Shown here in pieces: positions 58,621 to 64,000 of a DNA stretch of 64,000 bases. Position 1 is the first letter of the stretch. Each line of letters starts with the position of its first letter. Where the stretch lies: NCBI GenBank assembly GCA_030055515.1, contig JASFYI010000002.1:63290-127289 (forward strand), read 5' to 3'. Source of the DNA: Methanolinea sp. (GTDB lineage Archaea > Halobacteriota > Methanomicrobia > Methanomicrobiales > Methanospirillaceae). The position numbers and the translations under genes are program-made. The notes under the pieces are model-generated. The model made no database searches. It was not told the origin of the DNA and was given only the letters and a program-made list of their open reading frames with translations.

Positions 58621-59185
58621 GGACGTGCCGCCTCCCGCCCCTCTCCACGGGGGACCCGTGGCCCGGGTAGAGCCCCTCGACGTCGAGCGCGGAGAGTTTC
58701 TCGAGAGAGCTCTCGAGCGCCGCCCTGCTCCCGCCGGGGAAGTCGTACCTCCCGAAACCGCCGTCCGCAAAGACGGTGTCCCCCGAGATGAGTGCGCCCT
58801 CCTCCTCGTGGAGGAGGCAGATGCTGCCCGGCGTGTGCCCGGGCGTGTGGATGACGAGGAGGTCGCCGACGCGGTCCCCCTCCGAGAGGACGCGGTCCGG
58901 GGGGCGCATCGGTGCCCGCGCACCGAAGTGGAGCGAGAGGGAGAGGGCATCGCTCGTGAGTCCGGGGGCATCCTCCCGGTGGATGTGCACGCGGGCCCTG
59001 CACATCCGCGCGATCGCGTCGACGTGCGCGATGTGGTCGTAGTGGCAGTGGGTGAGGACGATGTCGTGGATGGACGCCCTGTACTTCTCGAGCGCTGTCG
59101 GGAGGACGCCGGCATCCACGAGGACGTGGCCGACGAGGTACGAGTTGCCGAGGAACCCCCCGCCGGGAATCCACCGGACTGGCAT
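58583..59185 (-). CDS. MBL-fold metallo-hydrolase (glyoxalase II-like)
   Basis: NSYL, VDAG, LTHCHYDHI, HTPGHTPGS, SGDTVF, GRYDFPGG, PGHG. Confidence 0.92.
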   Translation of the reverse strand: MPVRWIPGGGFLGNSYLVGHVLVDAGVLPTALEKYRASIHDIVLTHCHYDHIAHVDAIARMCRARVHIHREDAPGLTSDALSLSLHFGARAPMRPPDRVLSEGDRVGDLLVIHTPGHTPGSICLLHEEEGALISGDTVFADGGFGRYDFPGGSRAALESSLEKLSALDVEGLYPGHGSPVERGGRRHVLAARELLRVTRE

Positions 59186-59213
59186 GGTAGAATAATTAGG
59201 GTCTCCCACCAAG

Positions 59214-60494
59214 ATGTCTGTTATGCCCAGTCTCATCCGCGAGTGCCTCTCGGGGGTCCCCGGGCTGGTGGAGGAGGTGGCGAGGAGGGAGGGGATCAAC
59301 CCCCGTGTCGCCGCCCGGTCCGTGGCGAGGGGGAGACTGGTGATCCCGGCGAATCCCTCCCGCGAGCACAGGGTGTGCGGGATCGGCGAGGGGTGCAGGG
59401 TGAAGGTGAACGTGAACGTCGGGACCTCGGGGCCCGTGTGCGACATCGGGCTCGAGGAGGCGAAGGCGAGGGCAGCCATCGAGAACGGCGCCGACACCCT
59501 GATGGACCTCTCGACCGGGGGCGACCTTCGCGCAGTCCGCAGGATGGTCCTCTCCCTCGGCGTCCCGGTCGGGACCGTCCCCATCTACGAGGCCGTCCGC
59601 CGCGCGGGGAACGCCGCCGACGTGGACGCAGACCTCCTCTTCTCGGTGATAAGGGAGCACTGCAGGGACGGGGTGGACTTCATGACCCTCCACTGCGGGG
59701 TGAACAGGGAGGCACTCGCCGCGCTCCGGTCCGACCCGCGGATCATGCCCGTCGTCTCGAGGGGCGGGGCGTTCCACGTCGCGATGATGGTCCAGACCGG
59801 GGAGGAGAACCCCCTGTACGCCGAGTTCGACTACCTCCTCGAGATCCTCCTCGAGCACGGCGTCGTCGCGAGCCTTGGGGACGGGATGCGGCCGGGATGC
59901 CTCCAGGACGCGGAGAGGCACGCGAAGACCGTCGAGTACCTGACCCTCGGGAGGCTTGCCGCTCGCGCCCTCGAGGCGGGCGTGCAGCGGATGATCGAGG
60001 GCCCGGGGCACATCCCGCTCCCCCAGGTCCCCTGCAACGTCCGCACCATCAAGGAGCTCTCGGACGACGCACCACTTTACCTGCTCGGGCCCATCGTGAC
60101 GGACATCGCCCCGGGGTACGACCACGTCGTCTCAGCGATCGGCGGCGCGGTTGCCGCGATGCACGGCGCGGACTTCCTCTGCATGGTCTCGCCGAGCGAG
60201 CACCTCGCGCTGCCCAAGGTGGAGGACATCGTCGAGGGGACGAGGGTCGCGCGGATCGCGGCGCACGTCGGGGACATCTCGAGGCACAGGGAGGGTTTCA
60301 AGGCGGCGAGGGAACTCCAGATGGCCGAGGCGAGGCAGAGGCTCGACTGGGAGTCCATGTTCTCCCTCGCCCTCTTCGGCGACCACGCGCGGGAGATCCA
60401 CGGCCGCGACGGCGAGATCGAGACCTGCACGATATGCGGGGAGCTCTGCGCCGTGCGGCTCGTGAGGGAGCTGTTCGGGAAGAAGGGAGGGTAG
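59214..60494 (+). CDS. thiC: Phosphomethylpyrimidine synthase ThiC (or a ThiC-family paralog)
   Basis: KVNVNVGTS, GADTLMDLSTGG, GTVPIY, SRGG, SLGDGMRPG, EGPGH, TDIAPGYDH, CTICGELC. Confidence 0.92.
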   Translation: MSVMPSLIRECLSGVPGLVEEVARREGINPRVAARSVARGRLVIPANPSREHRVCGIGEGCRVKVNVNVGTSGPVCDIGLEEAKARAAIENGADTLMDLSTGGDLRAVRRMVLSLGVPVGTVPIYEAVRRAGNAADVDADLLFSVIREHCRDGVDFMTLHCGVNREALAALRSDPRIMPVVSRGGAFHVAMMVQTGEENPLYAEFDYLLEILLEHGVVASLGDGMRPGCLQDAERHAKTVEYLTLGRLAARALEAGVQRMIEGPGHIPLPQVPCNVRTIKELSDDAPLYLLGPIVTDIAPGYDHVVSAIGGAVAAMHGADFLCMVSPSEHLALPKVEDIVEGTRVARIAAHVGDISRHREGFKAARELQMAEARQRLDWESMFSLALFGDHAREIHGRDGEIETCTICGELCAVRLVRELFGKKGG

Positions 60495-60537
60495 GACCCC
60501 CGGCCGAGCATTTCGCCCGCGGGGACCGGGGCCCTCC

Positions 60538-60948
60538 TCACCCCGGGGACCGGCGTTCCCCGAGGAGCGAGAGGATACGGATCGCGAGGAGGGCCGCGTT
60601 CTCCCCGTTGTCCACGCCGACGCACGCGACCGGGACGCCCTTTGGCATCTGGACGATCGAGAGGAGGGCATCCAGCCCCCCGAGGAGCTTCCCGCTCACG
60701 GGGACCCCGATGACGGGCCGCTTCGTCCGGGCCGCGACGGCGCCGGGGAGGGCAGCGGAGAGCCCGGCGACCGCGATGAAGACCTTGCAGTCGCAGCCGC
60801 GGACGTACTCGTCGAGGAGCTCGGGGTCCCTGTGGGCCGAGATGACGCGGGCCTCCCACGAGATGCCGTGCGCGTTGAGGACCTCCGTGACCTTCTGGAC
60901 GACCGCCGCGTCAGAGGCCGACCCGGAGAGAATCGAGACGTCGACCAT
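60538..60948 (-). CDS. purE: PurE (AIR carboxylase/N5-CAIR mutase)
   Basis: [43 protein letters not shown]. Confidence 0.93.
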   Translation of the reverse strand: MVDVSILSGSASDAAVVQKVTEVLNAHGISWEARVISAHRDPELLDEYVRGCDCKVFIAVAGLSAALPGAVAARTKRPVIGVPVSGKLLGGLDALLSIVQMPKGVPVACVGVDNGENAALLAIRILSLLGERRSPG

Positions 60949-61007
60949 GGGAATTCGCCATCCACACTTATATGCCCGGGTTGTAAAAATACTAGTGGGC
61001 TGGTTTT

Positions 61008-62596
<1,589 letters not shown>

Positions 62597-62658
62597 CGGC
62601 CCGCGGGACGGGATACGGTTATCACTCCGCAGAATCGAGATAGTGAGAGGAGAAGAGA

Positions 62659-63066
62659 ATGGGAATCCGCCTTGGTTTCGTGGTCTCGGAGTTCAACCGG
62701 GACATCACATACATGATGGAAGTGGAAGCGCGGGAGCACGCTGAATTCCTCGGCGCGGAGGTCGTCGAGTGCCGGTACGTCCCCGGGACGTACGACATCC
62801 CCCTCGCCGTGAAGAAGATGCTGAAAGCAGGGGGAGTGGACGCCGTCGTCACCATCGGGTGCGTGATCGAGGGCGCGACGCAGCACGACGAGATCGTCGT
62901 CCAGCACGCCGCGAGGAAGATCATCGACCTCTCGCTCGAGTTCGAGAAACCCGTGACCCTCGGGATCTCGGGTCCGGGCATGACGCGGCTCGAGGCCCAC
63001 GAGCGCATCGACTACGCGAAGAGGGCGGTCGAGTCCGCGGTCAAGATGGTCCAGAGATTGGGATGA
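62659..63066 (+). CDS. ribH: 6,7-dimethyl-8-ribityllumazine synthase
   Basis: [41 protein letters not shown]. Confidence 0.95.
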   Translation: MGIRLGFVVSEFNRDITYMMEVEAREHAEFLGAEVVECRYVPGTYDIPLAVKKMLKAGGVDAVVTIGCVIEGATQHDEIVVQHAARKIIDLSLEFEKPVTLGISGPGMTRLEAHERIDYAKRAVESAVKMVQRLG

Positions 63067-64000
63067 GGGAGCTCTCCCGCAAGCTCGCAGGGATACCCCC
63101 CTCGGCGACGATCGAGATCTCGAACCTCGCGCGGCAGATGGAGAAGAGGGGGATCCCGGTCATCTCGCTCTCCATCGGGGAACCGGACTTTGACACCCCC
63201 CGCCACATCAAGGACGCCTGCATAAAGGCCCTCCTCGACGGCGAGACCCATTACGCCCCGAGCAACGGCATCCCCGAGCTCCTCGAGGCCATCGCGGCAA
63301 AGATAGCGAGGGAGAACGGTTTTTCGTGCACGCCGGACGAGGTCATCGTGACGTGTGGGGCAAAGGACGCGATCTACGACGCGATGGAGGCTGTCCTGAA
63401 CCCGGGCGAGGAGGTGATCATCCTCGACCCCGCGTGGGTCTCGTACGAGCCCTGCGTCGTGATCGCGGGGGGAAAGCCGGTCCACCACTCCCTCGACCAG
63501 GAGACGTTCCAGGTCGACGACAGCATCCTCGAGCGCGTCTCGCCCCGGACGAAGATGGTCATCGTGAACACGCCGTCGAACCCAAGCGGCGCGGTCCTCG
63601 ACAGGAAGTCGCTCTCCCTCATCGCGGACATGTGCGCGGACTACGACCTCATCGCCCTCTCCGACGAGATATACGAGAAGCTCACCTACGGGAAACCCCA
63701 CGTCTCCCTCGCGTCGATCGGGGACATGGCCGAGAGGACGATCACGGTGAACGGGTTCTCGAAGGCCTACGCGATGACCGGGTGGAGGCTCGGGTACGCC
63801 GTTGCCCCCCTCCCCATCATCCGGCAGATGTCGAAGGTCCAGCAGCACTCCGTGAGCCACCCGACGACGTTCGCGATGTACGGGGGCGTCGCGGCCCTCA
63901 CGTCCGACCAGTCGTGCGTGGAGGAGATGAGGAGGGAGTTCCAGAGGAGGCGCGACTTCCTCGCGGGGGAACTCCGGCTGATGGGGTACAGGACCGCACC
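63063..64000 (+). CDS. Aspartate aminotransferase-like class I PLP enzyme (runs off window)
   Basis: Not in ORF track; manual translation from ATG 63063: [16 protein letters not shown]...[12 protein letters not shown]...NTPSNPSG...SDEIYE...[15 protein letters not shown]. Confidence 0.9.
   Translation, partial: MRELSRKLAGIPPSATIEISNLARQMEKRGIPVISLSIGEPDFDTPRHIKDACIKALLDGETHYAPSNGIPELLEAIAAKIARENGFSCTPDEVIVTCGAKDAIYDAMEAVLNPGEEVIILDPAWVSYEPCVVIAGGKPVHHSLDQETFQVDDSILERVSPRTKMVIVNTPSNPSGAVLDRKSLSLIADMCADYDLIALSDEIYEKLTYGKPHVSLASIGDMAERTITVNGFSKAYAMTGWRLGYAVAPLPIIRQMSKVQQHSVSHPTTFAMYGGVAALTSDQSCVEEMRREFQRRRDFLAGELRLMGYRTA

Overview
GC-rich, gene-dense chromosomal segment of a methanogenic archaeon; gene content and style point to Methanomicrobiales (inference). 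It is mostly housekeeping: CDC48, larC-radB, dapF, ribose-1,5-bisphosphate isomerase, the atwA-mmp3-6-5-15-17-7 methanogenesis cluster, type II GAPDH, tyrS-rio1-dim2-hel308-cgi121, purA, cbiB, pdxST, hppA, PolD small subunit, cofH, thiC, purE and ribC/ribH. It contains a probable replication origin (ORB repeats and an AT-rich stretch at about 43.6-44.3 kb) upstream of orc1/cdc6. The most notable observations are: (1) an inverted pair of ORB-like sites about 3.7 kb from the origin, at the hel308 promoter/start; (2) a lower-GC lipid-linked glycosylation cassette with a flippase-like/SAM-methyltransferase fusion, a GT2 and two GT-C enzymes; (3) a DUF523/TudS-like plus nucleoside deoxyribosyltransferase-like fusion; (4) an HTH plus five-PAS protein with no kinase, divergent from a stand-alone receiver. 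No rRNA, tRNA, CRISPR array, transposase or intein was seen. All calls come from motif recognition by eye; no searches were run.
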